Origin: Ylistrum balloti
Taxonomy: Eukaryota
Reading direction: 5' to 3'
Length of the DNA: 64,000 bases
NCBI RefSeq assembly: GCF_031769215.1
Contig: NW_026782231.1
Coordinates: 1,550,001-1,614,000, forward strand
Position 1 is the stretch's first letter. Each line of letters opens with the position of its first letter. The position numbers were made by a program, and so were the translations under genes. Shown piece after piece: positions 13,604-28,115 of the stretch. The notes under the pieces were generated by a model. It saw nothing but the letters and a program-made list of their open reading frames with translations, had not been told where the DNA came from and did not search any database.

Positions 13604-16054
13604 GCATCTGTCAGTAACAGATTCATTATTTGGTTTTAGATGACAATGTTTCAGAATATTTGAAGAAAAGAGATAATCAAACTTTTTTCACAGATTCTTC
13701 AAATATTATCAAATAAATCATTATTCTCTTTTTGTTTTAAGTTAACAAATTTTTAAGTTCAGGAAATAAATGAAATTCTGTGTAAAGACCAAAACGTTAT
13801 CTGTACAGTGTACCTAGTGTGGATTTAACCCTGAGCTCAAGGAACTTGTACCCAATAAGTCTAACCTTTTGCAACACAACACCATGACAAGGCAATATTA
13901 TTCACAATAAATGTCTATTTTTGTTCTGTAAATGCTTTCACTGTTTGGATTTTCTCTATTAACTTTTTAACTCTATCTCACTTTTATTTCACACAAACTT
14001 GGATTATCATGATTCACCTAATGAATAGATCTGCCTGTTAAGCAGTGATCAAGTTACGATAGCACTCAATCAATCCTATAAAAACCAGGTCTTAGTGATG
14101 TAATTATACCATATTTCTATCTAGTTGGATTCAATCGTATCTAAATCCCCCTCATATCAGTAGACATTCATATTTTATGTCCATCAAATGAATTTTTTTC
14201 CTCGCAAGTAAGAATGTGAAAAACTGACACCAGAATTATACAAATGTGTCACGATTCCAGCGGTCTTGTTCTTACACTTTCCATATGACACCAACTGGTA
14301 CAACTGCATATCTATACAATTCACATGTCAATTTTAACCTCCATTTTTTTATCTTCCCCCCCCCCCCCCCACCCCCCACACCTTTTTTTCTAATTATTAT
14401 TACAGTTTGAATAATATCAAGTTTATGGCAGATGACAAATAAGGAACTTTTTTTATTTGTTTCTAGAACAGATCTTGTTTGACTAAAGCTTTGCGTGGAT
14501 GATGAACTTTTTTATCGATCAATCGAACGGTTTTTAAATCATACAAATCAGTAAAATTGATAATACAGGCATTGTTTTGTATGAAGACTTTTCAGTACAT
14601 CAGAAATTTGATCCTGATAAAGATCATACATTAGAAGAAATTTTGAATCTGAATTCTGGTCTGTGAGAAAGTAATTGCTTCTGTCAAGTTACAATTGGTT
14701 ACACTGAGGTTTAATTGATCTGCGAGTCTGATATCAAGGGCAAGACTTTCTCAGCTGATGCATCTTTAGACAAGCCAGAACCCTTATAAAGTTTGTTTGT
14801 TTGTTAGGTATATCAGACTGGGAAGATGGGAAAGTTTAATCACAAAATATTTGCCAAAGCAGAAGGGCCCCTAAAAATTCCATGAAAAAACTTCATCAAA
14901 CCCATAAAAACCTATTTATAAAACTAACATTGAGCCAGTAAACAAGGCTTAACACAACCCCTTGAAAATCATGGCAGGTTCATCCCTAATACCTTTATGT
15001 ACATCAGACGACCTTATCTACTGCGTACACATTCGACCTTCATTGTCACCAAGACCAAAAGGTGAACAACCTGTAAGGATTGAAATATCAAGTTGTGATA
15101 ACGATGTGCATAAATACTGACCAGATTAAACAATAACTCAGGCCATTAGTTTCCATTCTGTCGGTCAGACAGGACAACGTCCAGAGTATCGCCAAGACAG
15201 ACAGGACAATATAAAATGTATCACCAAGACATAAAATCTTTATCAAGGTTAGTTTTTAACATGATGACTTTGTTATTAATTTTCCATTAATTTTATCATA
15301 GGTTAATGTTCTAAAGGCAGTTTAATGATCCAAATTGTGATACAACGAAGAAATAGTTGATGTTGTCAAGATACGAGGTCAGGAAAATCCAGCACTAGAT
15401 TAAGGTTAAGGTACAGATAATAAAAATGGGTTCTAATATCTTACCTAGAGAAACGACTCCATTCGAAAGCTTTGAATATTAAATAAATCCAAGAATATAA
15501 AAGTCTGCAGCATACCACCGTACTCAGCCCACAACTAAATGACTCTATATGCGAAGTATGTAGAGGTTTTGTGGGAGACCTTATCTTTTGGTCTGGGATC
15601 TTGTAATTACTGGACCATACATTGCGGCCACTCTGACTGGTCACCTTTTAGCTTAGGTTACAGCTTTATCAGACATCAAACATGACTGGTTCTATGTTCT
15701 GGCTAGTCATAGGCCCATCCCCTCGGAGGAGCCAACCAACACCTCACTGATAAAGTTCACCACCCCATGGGAGCTAGTCTGCTGCAGCAGGACCTGGAAG
15801 TTTGGGTTCATCTAAATTAAACTCAAGGAGATATATATTGGAGATTAAGTCCGGTAAAGTAAAAACATGTGTGGGAGACACATGATCAAATCATTTCAGT
15901 GAGAGAACAGTTAATATTCCTGACTTGCTAATTGTTTCAATAGGTTCATATTACACCAACATGATTGATTCAATCATTTACCAGTAAAACCCCCCCAAAC
16001 AGTATCCCATCCTTATCTCACTCAGGTACCCTTTCCTATATCATCCTAAGCTAA

Positions 16055-16560
16055 CACAGGTACCCCTTCTAAATCTAACAAAAATACCAACTCCCTTACC
16101 TTACACAGGTACCCCATCCCTAACCTAACACAGGTACCACTTCTAAATCTAACAAAAATACCAACTCCCTTACCTTACACAGGTACCCCATCCCTAACCT
16201 AACACAGGTACCCCTTCTAAATCTAACAAAAATACCAACTCCCTTACCTTACACAGGTACCCCATCCCTAACCTAACACAGGTACCCCTTCTAAATCTAC
16301 AAAAATACCAACTCCCTTACCTTACACAGGTACCCCATCCCTAACCTAACACAGGTACCCCTTCTAAATCTAACAAACATACCAACTCCCTTACCTTACA
16401 CAGGTACCCCATCCCTAACCTAACACAGGTACCCCTTCTAAATCTAACAAAAATACCAACTCCCTTACCTTACACAGGTACCCCATCCCTAACCTAACAC
16501 AGGTACCCCTTCTAAATCTAACAAAAATACCAACTCCCTTACCTTACACAGGTACCCCTT
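16055..16560. repeat. Minisatellite, 74-bp unit made of 49-bp and 25-bp subunits, about 7 copies
   Basis: Both subunits begin cacaggtacccc; equivalent caggta at 16131 and 16205. Confidence 0.93.
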
Positions 16561-19500
16561 TCCTGACACAAATTCCTCACTACAACTTATAGAACCTTAA
16601 AACCCTTAAAACCTTATGCCATGCCCCAACATCAACCTTACACGTGCATTTCCCCAACACACAAGTTCACCATTTCTATCTGAAACAAGTGCCCCTTCCT
16701 AACCTAACACAGGTACCCCCATCTCATATAACAGAAGCATTCTTTTATCCGTCCGGCATTAGAATGTTGGTATGAATTCTTTCTCGAGTCCCTGTTTGGT
16801 CCATGGACAGATATAAAACAGGTGCTCTCAATTACATTAGTGTCATACTTTAATATACTTTTTTCTCATGGGTCCCTGTATGGTTGTTGGACAGATCTAA
16901 GACAGGTGCTGTCCCTATCTGAGAGGCAGTACATTGGTACAAATTCCTTGCTACATTTCCTGTCCATGGTGATAGATAATGCATAGAGAGCAGATTAACC
17001 GAGGTCACATGAGGTGTTGATTTTGGCAGGCAAAGTACCTTACTCACTAAAGCAGGCAGATATATTAGTAGGGTATACTTACTGCCCTGACTGTTGGGAA
17101 ACCAGTCTGTGATGGTAGATTAAAGGGGATACACAGATAGTGGAGGAAGAGAAAGATGAGAATTCTCGGCCTATCCTCAAACCACTCCATCACTCTAAAG
17201 ACAGTCATCATGACTAGAGGCATACCAGCAGCACCTGGCACTGGTCACCATTATATTACATGTAGTGCTGGCAGATTTGGGAGGGGGACCTCAACAAGAC
17301 TTATATCGTCTGTCCCCTATTACAGATAGACATTCATCCATGCAGTTCAAACTCTGAAGTGTAGCTAAAGATTAGTGATCTCATTAATTTCTATACAAGG
17401 TGGATGGTGTGGTATCTAGACTGTGAGGAAGAATCGACATTGATGAATAGAATGACACACCTCAACACTGGAAAAGGGATGGGAGGGGGTGGGGGTGGGA
17501 GGGGAGGTGAGGGTGGGGGGTATGGCCCTTATCTTACTGATCACCAACCACTGTTAGGGAGAGATATATTGGGGACACACCCCATAATTTGTCAGTCACC
17601 ATCACATACTCGACAGACTGTTTACACGAGGCTATACAGAGACACACATGATTCTCACACATTCTTATTACTATTTATATATCTACTTCATGTAGAGTCA
17701 TCAGACAAGTCTTAATCTTCTACGCCCTTATATTGTCTAGATAAGAAATAAAACTAATCTTCCTGTCACTTCCCCCTCCCATCACTGTAGTTGTGGTATA
17801 ATACACTATTGTATACATACATACAATGTGTTTTGTTTCTGACCGAAATTTACCACCCAGGGTAGGTATATATAAAGACCCAAGTTGTACCACTTCCAAA
17901 ATTTAACAAAATTTAGTTCCTAATCTTTACCCTTTAAGCCTTCATTGTGTAATGAGATAGACTGACAAAGCTATAAAACTTAACCAAAACAAAGGATATC
18001 TTTAACCTACAAAGGTACTTATTGTACTGTCAACATCTGTCAAACAAGACTTAGGGATTAATAAAAATAATATAAGGTATGAGACAAAAATTAAGAAAAA
18101 GGGGTTTTGAAAGTGTATTGTCAACAACAGCCGACCTAAAGCTGATTTCTGATATTCAGACCAAGCTCTAAGATTTGTGGAATTCAAGAGTCCTAGAGCT
18201 CAGAATTTTCTGGCCTTTGGAAAACTCCAAAGGTACCAAATCAGGAATTTCTTTCATATAGCATTTCGTCTACATTCTATCAAGTTCTAATAAAAAGATC
18301 TGGGCACATGATTGATTTTAGATCTGATCTAGATGTATCCTAGACACTTATATTTGTGAGTTAAATGGAGATCTGAATCAGTTCGTACAAATTTTAGACT
18401 TTAAATAGTTATGAAGTTGTTTGTTATCATTAGGATGAATACTGCAGGCCTTGTCCCTTGCAGACAAGCCAATTTACATATACACTTTTAACAGGTAACA
18501 AACTTTTAACAGGTAACATACTTTTAACAGGTAACAATTTTTAGAGGTATGCGACGCATCTGTCCAGAAGGAAGTATGTACCAGGTATATTAAAACAAAC
18601 CCTACCACTGTACCATTAAAATAAAAAATTTAACATTCTTAAAAGCTGACACATCATCTACATCAGTATGTATAGAAACAGCAGCCTGTACTGGTAGGAA
18701 TCTAAAGGTAAACAAAGGCCCTTAACTCATCCTTCTATTTCCGATGTCCCCATATTAAATCATAGTATTTAGACAAGCCAACCCCTTTCTGATAATGTTA
18801 GTCTTTAAAGAGGTACCTTCCTGAACCGAAATATTTAACAATAAATAAATATATATATATCTAAATCATAATGCTTGAAACCAAAGACTTTCAAAACAAC
18901 TTGACAAGTAAAGAAATGTACCAGTTTTTTTGGTGTATTACATACAGAGGGTAGAATATGAGACCATTTCAAATGTCTCACTCACTGTTAATTGCAAGTT
19001 TTCAAAGCAAGAAAATCACAAAAATGATATTACATTTTAAATACGATGTGCATGGTTCTTTTCCAGAAACAAAAAAAATTCATCTAATTTTAATGCTATG
19101 CTGCTAAGACATAAATAATTCAAAATTACCCTTTAACTTCTATTAAACAAATCCCACTTTCATAAAGTATAAATTGATTACTGAAATGTACAGAAAAATG
19201 AATTATATCATTTTAATGTAATGGTATTCCTTGTATCTAGAATTGGTCGGTAATACATCACAAAAGAATTGGATATCTCTAGCACTCATGGTTAGTTTAA
19301 AACTCTGTTTTTTCTCTACATCAAAAAGTCTTTCTAGCTGCTGTGGAATATCTTATCTTGTACAGTGACCCTGCCATATTTACACAGTTGACATGCTGTA
19401 GGCTCTGATAAAAACAGGCACCAGTCAATGCTTTATGAGATAACACAGAGATTTTATTGCTTATCCTAAGGCCCATGCCTACATAATCTACATGCACAAC

Positions 19501-22500
19501 TGTAGACACTATATAGTTTAATAGTAGAACAAACTCTACACAAAATGTCTGCCTTCAATTTCGGCAGCAGATGTTTTCCTTTTTCACAAGCATATTGTCT
19601 TTCTGCTTCGAAATTGGACACTGTAATATTTTTTGTCCTGGCTGTCATATAAGTTTTTGTACGGATACTATAATTTGGTCACAAAAGAAAGAGCCTGAGA
19701 TATGTTGTTGAGCTTGGAGACACAGCTGTTGTTATGGGGCCTGTGTACAGGAAACTCATATTTCTCACTTGATCTGCGTAACATCTTACATAATGCATAT
19801 GGCTTAACCCTCTCAGTCAGATTTACCACAAGTAAACCTTGATATATTCAACCATGAACAAAAACATACAAAAATTTACCAACATAAATACTTGACACAA
19901 CAAAGAAATATCTGCTAATACTAGTAATTTGTCCTTCCATTCAAATTCAGAAATTTTTCATTATTTTCCAACTTGCAATATGCAGCTGATAAAAATTTGA
20001 TGTATTCTAAGCCATCATCTTTCTACACCTTGACCTTATATTGCCTGACTAGGATACATCTTTTCTAGCGTTTTCATGTGTTCATAAAACTGCTCATTGG
20101 CAGGTGAAATAAAATATTTAATTTTAATTCATACATTAAATAGTACTTTGAATAAATTACATGTATGTGATATGGCTAGTTTCAGTTCGATGGCAAGTTA
20201 CATCTAACATCTGATTTCACATTAAATACTACTTCAAATAAATTTCACACAAGTGATCTTACAAATTAGTTCAAGTTAGATGGCACGTTATATCTAATAT
20301 TTAAATTCAATTATACATTAAAGTATTGCTACCCATCAAACAGGGCGTTATATCTAATATTTAAATTCAATTATACATTAAAACAGTATTCCATAAGTTA
20401 ACTAAAACATTAAATTGAGATCAACATTTAATTATATATCAAAAGTTTTAATCAGCAGACTCTCATCAAGCCTTGATACCGACAGATAACTACAAACATG
20501 ATGTATTCATTTATAGGAACTCTTATGTCAGGGAAAAGTTAGACATTCTTACATGTAATCACATTTGATTGGCAGTTTTACTTTATCAAAATGCAATACT
20601 TTGACAGACTCTCACAGACTATAACTATCGTCAATTGCACACTTGGAAATTAAAAAACTTTCCAGAATTCAACATTTAATGGTTTTAGATTACTTCAACA
20701 ACTTAAGAACACATTGAAACAAAGATGAAGTATGTATATTGTTTGATATTATAGAAAGTCTACATTCAAAATCATGCTAGGGCAAAATTTTGAGATGATC
20801 GTGAGTCTTGTTTAAGGTAACTGACAGTGAATCAAGATATCCGTATTTGAGACACTTACTTTACAGTGAAACATATGAAACTTTAAATAATTCTGTGATA
20901 ATACATTTGGATCAAGTTGTCACCCTTGAAACAGTCCTTGCACAGTGAGACATATACTGTGCAACTCTAGTATGTACAGTTTTGTTGATACCAGCTCAGA
21001 GACATCATCAAGGGAGATAACTTACAATGAGACACTTAATGTAACCTATATCTATATAAAATGAATGACACAAGACACGACATGTGAGACACCTTATATA
21101 ACATTAACACATAGAGAATAAAAGCCTAGGATTACAGTCATGGTGTGACAACTTCTGACACTACAAACAAGACATGTAATGTATCTATATAGACAGACAA
21201 TAGTAGTGATCTCAGACACAACATGACAGACACATAGACATGTAAAATCATTGTTCCTAGTTAACAATTTTGAGACAGGAAGATATGTAATACATGTAAA
21301 GGCAGCTGACATGGTATTGGTTCAGCTGAGGAGTCCTATTTTCTCACCAAACATTCCATCTATCTGAGTGATGATAAGCACCTCTAGACTGAAAGTATAC
21401 CTCACCATTACATAACACTTACACTATGTGTGGATACACTAGCCTTCACACGGTACAAACCATCTAATATGTACATCTGTTGGTGTTACAACCAAAACAA
21501 TTAAAACTCACTTTATCAAAATGTGCATTCATCATCGTAAATGTCAAAACAATTCTTAGTGTATCTGGTGATATCCGAGTCCCCTTACTTAATAAACAGA
21601 GATGATAGATTCTGTAAATATGAGAAGGTCCATTAGGAAAAGACTAGTGCTTTGGTTTAGGTCTGTGTTAATAAAAAAAATCAAGCACAAATATTTCAAA
21701 GTGGGTTTTCCTTTTCCCCTATATGATTATTACAGCAGATTGAGCTGGTATAAAAACTACAAAAATATCGTCAAATTTCAGTCAGAGAACGAAAAGTATT
21801 CCTTTTCTTATCATTATTATGGTAATTACTTGTATACAACTGCTTAAAAAAATGTCAGAGATAAACCTAATATAATTAAATCATATTTAGTATCCTTTAC
21901 ACAGGCACATGTACTGTATATCCTTGTTAATTAGTCATCTACCACAACACACCATACCCTAATCTACAGGACAATTATCTACCCTCCCCAGTATGCTTTA
22001 CATTAATTACCCCCTCCTGTAGACCCCTACAGATGAATCAAATTTAATGTCCCTTTGACTCCCCCAAACACAACACACCCTAGAAATGACACTAACTGAT
22101 CTTTAAGGACCTACAGCCTTGTTGATGAGACTCACAGAGTCTAGGGTCAAATGTCTCAAAATTTATCATGTTGACTTTGTAAAATGTTACACAAACAAAT
22201 GCTGACACTAATTGTGCAGTGTAAGGGAATTCTGATGAAGCAAGAGACTAAACAACACGGATACAATGGGACATAGGAAGCAGATCTACTAATGCAGACT
22301 CCAAGGCAACAAGACATGCTCATAAATACACTTGCTAACGGCACTGAAGATTTTAATCCTTCTCCTTAACTGATTATCCTGCCTCATTTTGTGGGATGAA
22401 AATCACACAACCATTATGAGAGATGATATTCTGTAAGTCCTATTTAGAGGGGGTGGACAGTTAGGTCAAACAAGTGACTGCTGAGAAATTATCAGAGGTC

Positions 22501-22946
22501 TGAAAAGGCTCATAAAAACACTAATTAGGTTTTAACTTCAAAAGAGCATGCCAGTCTCTCTAGTTTCTCTAATAAATGAAGGTAGAATGAAGGTTTACAG
22601 TCAGTATTGATAGTTTGATCATGGATATTTCATACAGGTTATTATAATACAATGAAATCAAAAAAGTCATGATCTTTTGTTATAATACGGTAGTGACAAC
22701 CAGTTGGATTTTCTGACCTTTTTATTTATTTTGTTGAACTCCAACAAGCTGGTCAACATGTGACCTTACTTATTAGAAGTCAGTGTAATGTTGACATCAG
22801 ACTTTATGTAAACAACAAGGATCTGTCTATCACTGTCCAAACTGAGGGTAAATATAACTGACACATACTACCACATTCAACATCACAGAACTAGGTTAAC
22901 ATCACACCCGATTTAGACCAAACATACAATACTATCCTAAACATAC

Positions 22947-23960
22947 TTTGACGGTACCATGTCTGATCAATTCTGACCGTACCATGTTTGATAAATTCTG
23001 ACCGTACCATGTCTGATCAATTCTGACCGTACCATGTCTGATCAATTCTGACGGTACCATGTCTGATCAATTCTGACGATACCATGTCTGATCAATTCTG
23101 ACCGTACCATGTCTGATCAATTCTGACGGTACCATGTCTGATCAATTCTGACGGTACCATGTCTGATCAATTCTGACCGTACCATGTCTGATCAATTCTG
23201 ACGGTACCATGTCTGATGAATTCTGACCGTACCATGTCTGATCAATTACCGTACCATGTCTGATGTAATACCTGACGGTACCTGACGGTACCATGTCTGA
23301 TAAATTCTGACGGTACCATGTCTGATCAATTCTGATGGTATCATGTCTGATGAATTCTGACCGTACCATGTCTGATGAATTCTGACGGTACCATGTCTGA
23401 TGAATTCTGACGGTACCATGTCTGATGAATTCTGACCGTACCATGTCTGATCAATTCTGACGGTACCATGTCTGATGAATTCTGATGGTACCATGTCTGA
23501 TCAATTCTGACGGTACCATGTCTGATCAATTCTGACGGTACCATGTCTGATCAATTCTGACGGTACCATGTCTGATCAATTCTGACCGTACCATGTCTGA
23601 TCAATTCTGACGGTACCATGTCTGATCAATTCTGACGGTACCATGTCTGATCAATTCTGACGGTACCATGTCTGATCAATTCTGACGGTACCATGTCTGA
23701 TCAATTCTGACCGTACCATGTCTGATCAATTCTGACGGTACCATGTCTGATCAATTCTGACGGTACCATGTCTGATCAATTCTGACGGTACCATGTCTGA
23801 TCAATTCTGACCGTACCATGTCTGATCAATTCTGACGGTACCATGTCTGATGAATTCTGACCATACCATGTCTGATGAATTCTGACGGTACCATGTCTGA
23901 TCAATTCTGACGGTACCATGTTTGATCAATTCTGACCGTACCATGTTTGATCAATTCTGT
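22947..23960. repeat. Minisatellite, 25-bp unit, about 40 copies
   Basis: Unit ctgacggtaccatgtctgatcaatt; the 25-aa periodicity of the minus-strand ORFs equals 3 x 25 bp. Confidence 0.97.
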
Positions 23961-26900
23961 TATGTTTGTAGACCTATAAATGCTACACATGTTTATGAAA
24001 GTGTTTATTACAATACATAATTGTATTTACCAATAACATTTTTACTTTATCTTCAAACCAAGGTTCATATTTCATAAACAAAAAGTAAATATAGTACACA
24101 GTTTAACTCTGAAGTGTTCACAAACACTTCTACAGACGCCGTTTTGAAATCTAATAATTATATTTTGTGTTCTGACACTGACCATTTCAAATTTTATTTT
24201 TTTACATTTCCAAATCATAATTAAGTTTTCGTCAATTATCTTCAGTATTAATTTATTTTAATTTATTACCCTAAATTGATAAATTTGAATACTTCAATCA
24301 ATGACTGTATGGAGCCAGATAAAATTCAAGTGTTGTTGTTATCACAAATATAACTACAGCTAGGCAATGTCCTTTTTTTCAATCTTGATTTAATGGTATT
24401 TTATATATTTCTGCATACACATGCATCTGAAAGGATTTGGAGAATCACAATTCAGTGAGTTCAGAACAAAACTTTTGCATTGTTAAAATCTGTCACATGA
24501 CACAACTGATAATTTCCTGACACTTTGAGGTCAAAACATACTGTTGTCCCTTCCTCCCTATGAAAACAGATACCGGTAAGTAAGTATGATCAATTGTACA
24601 GTACCGGTTTTGAAGAGATATAGCCAATATATCACAAAAATAGGCAATCAAATTAAAAGTGGCCATTTCCTGTGTGCAAGGAGTCCATTTCACAATGTTT
24701 GCCTAGTAAGGCCTACTAATATATGATAAACCTACTATCATGAACCTGATCAAGTCTAGCTCTCTTTAGAAGCTGTATGAAATCCTATGATCCATTTCAT
24801 GTTAAGGGTGTATGTCCAATATCCAGTGGAGATACAGAACTAGATAAGATAGTTAGAGAGAAGATGGAATTCTATAGCCATAAAGCCCGCCATTTATATT
24901 AAACCACTGTAGTTTCTGTAAAACATTAAAGGTTTCATCATTGCAGCCTTTCAAAAAAAAAAAATTATCAATCATATTTTATTGGTCCATTTTGATTTGG
25001 AACATATTTTCATATTTTTGTTGCAAGTTACAAGTGTGATTAGACACAAATTTGTGATTAATCTTTTGTAATTATGATGATGTAAATATGAAAATGCCAA
25101 TAAATAGCATAATTACTGATGATATCAAAACCAATCTGTGCCTGATAATAAAGCTCGTTTGTGTTACATCAATTATGTCATTGTCCTATAATTGTCCATC
25201 CACATCCTGAGATCAGAGTATATATGTGTTGATGGAATTAATCTTTATTACCACTAACTACATTAAACTATCAATTATAAACAAAAAATTCCGCCCATCG
25301 GCCTTCCAGTGTTGGCCTTACAAGTACTTCTTATACATAACAGCACAATCACTATCAGCCATGTTTTAGACATACTACAGTACAATGACTAACACTTGGT
25401 GTTTCTCATATTTCCAGGTCACTCTACCAATAATGGAACAAAAATGGGACTCCTATGCAGAAAACACCAAGAACTGAGAAAAACGGATGCATTTCTGTTT
25501 TATATCCAACCAAACCTTTTTTCTAAAAGCTTTGATTTTAGTCAGTTGCGAATACCGCTCAAGCTCTGTAACACTTCAGGACCAAGAATGCATGCAGTTG
25601 ATTGTGAAACTATGCATTCTTCCCAGCATAACCCAAGTTTGATAGACATTGCATGTGCATTGCACACATGCATGTATCACATGTGTATAAAATTGAATTA
25701 TAGCCTGTACATGTATTACACACATGTATAAAATATATTACACATCCCTATTCTATCAGACATGTGTATTACATCAGTATTATGTATCCTGTATTACATG
25801 TATCACACTTTACTCATCATATGCCTGTTCTTGCCGCAAAAGTTTACTGAAACAAAGCATGCTTTGGTTGGTTCTATTGTACTTACTGCATTGAGCAGCC
25901 GTATTTTTCTAACATCTCAAAATTCTTACTAAGTAGTATGTTATGTCCCTGTTACGTGCACATCACACAGTTCATTGCGGAGTGGTGTCCATTTCACCGA
26001 CAAATACACATGTAATCTGCACTGTACCGAAAACCTGCACACTATCTGTGAGTTTTACTGCTGAGGGATATAGCCTTGCCTGGCAGCACTAGATAGTCTA
26101 GACAGTGTGTGGGGACCCTAAGATCTCACCTAAATTTTCTGAAATAAATACTTTGATTACATTTATCAAAATATTAATACCCAATTGTTGAAAGTTCTAT
26201 TAAAATATCCTTTATTTGATTAATTTTGCATGAAACATAACTGGAAATAAGCATCATCGTAAGAATGCTTAGCTGAAGATGGGGCCAGCAGTGGAATGTT
26301 AACAATTTAGAAAATTAATGTAACTGTCTACAACATTGAAATTCCTTTTGATGTGCTTTACATAATCCACATTGCATCATTTTTCTACAGATTTAATGGT
26401 ATTTGAATTGAAATGTTCCTGATTTCTCATGTATACAGGTAAAATTTGATATACACAGCTGAGTACATCATATCTGTAGTATTATCATGTGTTAAGATTT
26501 CAAAACAGCTTAGTGTTCTTCAGAAATTTTGTCAACAGTGACTTTCTGATGGAAATGGAATGTGATATCTCAATTCTACAGAGCTCTAGATACATAAATA
26601 TTTGTAACAGCTGGAATGATGAAGCGGTCATTGTGATATCAAAGAGATTTTTTCATACAATCAGACAGAATAATCTTTTTTCAAAAATGAGTTTGAATTC
26701 CAAGTCATACGAAAATTCATATTATTTTTATGTTTTCCTGACTTGCTTTCCTGAGAAATTCAACGTATGAAGTGTAAAAAACATATCAGCACTTTGCTGT
26801 ATGTATAGGCCTACATGTGTGTATTAACAAAAGCCCACTATAGCTACTGCACAGACACATCGGGTGTCTGACTAGAAACTTGCTCCTTGAACATGACTTC

Positions 26901-28014
26901 TGATTTTATGTTTTAACTAATTATAAAAAAATTTATGATGTAGAGACACAATGATATCCTTCATATTTCCCTAATTTATTACATTCTATCAGACTAAATC
27001 ACAAATTTTTATGTTTTATCAAGTTTAAGTTAATTCTTCATTTCACTCATTTATAAGTCTTCGCTTAAATCAGCACAAAATACAGAAATGATTAAAAACC
27101 ATTTGATCGTAAAATTTTTTTTAAAAAAAGATACTAGGATGTACATCTCTGAATATAGAATGATATGCCCCTTATGTCAGCATAGTCCAACTGCTTCACT
27201 CAGTAGTTACACAACAACAATCAAATTAACCCTATGATTAATAATTGATCCTTATATGGCAGAGAAAACAGAAAGTAAACAATGTATAACATTGTGTGTG
27301 GCCTGTTCTAATACACATCCATCCACCATCACACCTACCAGTAAAATTACTACCTTCCAACAGATATTATCATTGATTTATAAATAAATACATTTAAAAC
27401 TGCCATTTGTATTTTATGTTCTTTAATAGAAGTGTCGACTAAATTTATATCATTCCCACCACGGACGATGTTACCGAAACCAAAAAACTTTTACAAATGT
27501 ACATGTAAAAATTGCATTTATTATACGGACCAAAGACATATTTCAAATAAACGCATTATTGAAGTAAAATACATGTCTAAGGTTTATATCGTGAGTTACA
27601 AAAGAAGACAGGTATGCCTGAACGCCCATATATGTATTAGAGCACGTTTTGTCAATGAACGGTCGCGACCGACTGTACTATGATAGCCAATGTTAGTTCA
27701 CACAGGGAATATGACACACGGGGTGCGGGGGACAAGTTTTCATCTTATACAAGAACAGACTATCGTCAAGATCATACACTGACAACGCCCTTGTGCAAGA
27801 GAATACAGTGTGTTGTTTTAGAGTAATGTGTGCTGAAGCTGTGTGTGGGAGATAGTTCATGATTCACGGAGTTAGTGTTACACAGGTCCCCACTGTCGAA
27901 ATCTAGGTCGAATCGGTGTGCCTCTCAAGAAACACGCACCTTGCAGGATAAACATATCGCACTGAACACTTTAAACTCCTAAATACTGACAAAATATAAA
28001 TATGTGGCACTTAC

Positions 28015-28115
28015 CTTAATCAAAATAGTATTCCAAATAATTGAAACGAAGGTAAACATACATCACCAAACTTTTAGCGTATAACCACCCTCGTCTCTAA
28101 AATCCAACTAGTGTA
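28015..28115 (-). other. Candidate first (5'UTR or start-containing) exon of an unidentified minus-strand gene
   Basis: Perfect donor AAG|gtaagt on the minus strand (intron starts at 28014); lies at the CpG-rich/CpG-poor boundary; all three frames from 28115 are closed, but an internal ATG gives MFTFVSIIWNTILIK in phase 0 up to the donor. Confidence 0.45.

Noticed and set aside
2055-13870. Reverse tRNA B-box-like strings near 2065-2100 and 13815-13865 as tRNA genes or SINE heads
   Set aside because: Too degenerate: no cloverleaf and no SINE body recognised.
19804-19820. TTAA-CCCT as a piggyBac terminus
   Set aside because: No matching inverted terminus (AGGG-TTAA with the same subterminal sequence) was found at a plausible distance.
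26120-26150. 9-nt microexon on the minus strand (atttatttcag|AAAATTTAG|gtgaga)
   Set aside because: Contains a stop in phase 0 and is short enough to arise by chance; no supporting context.
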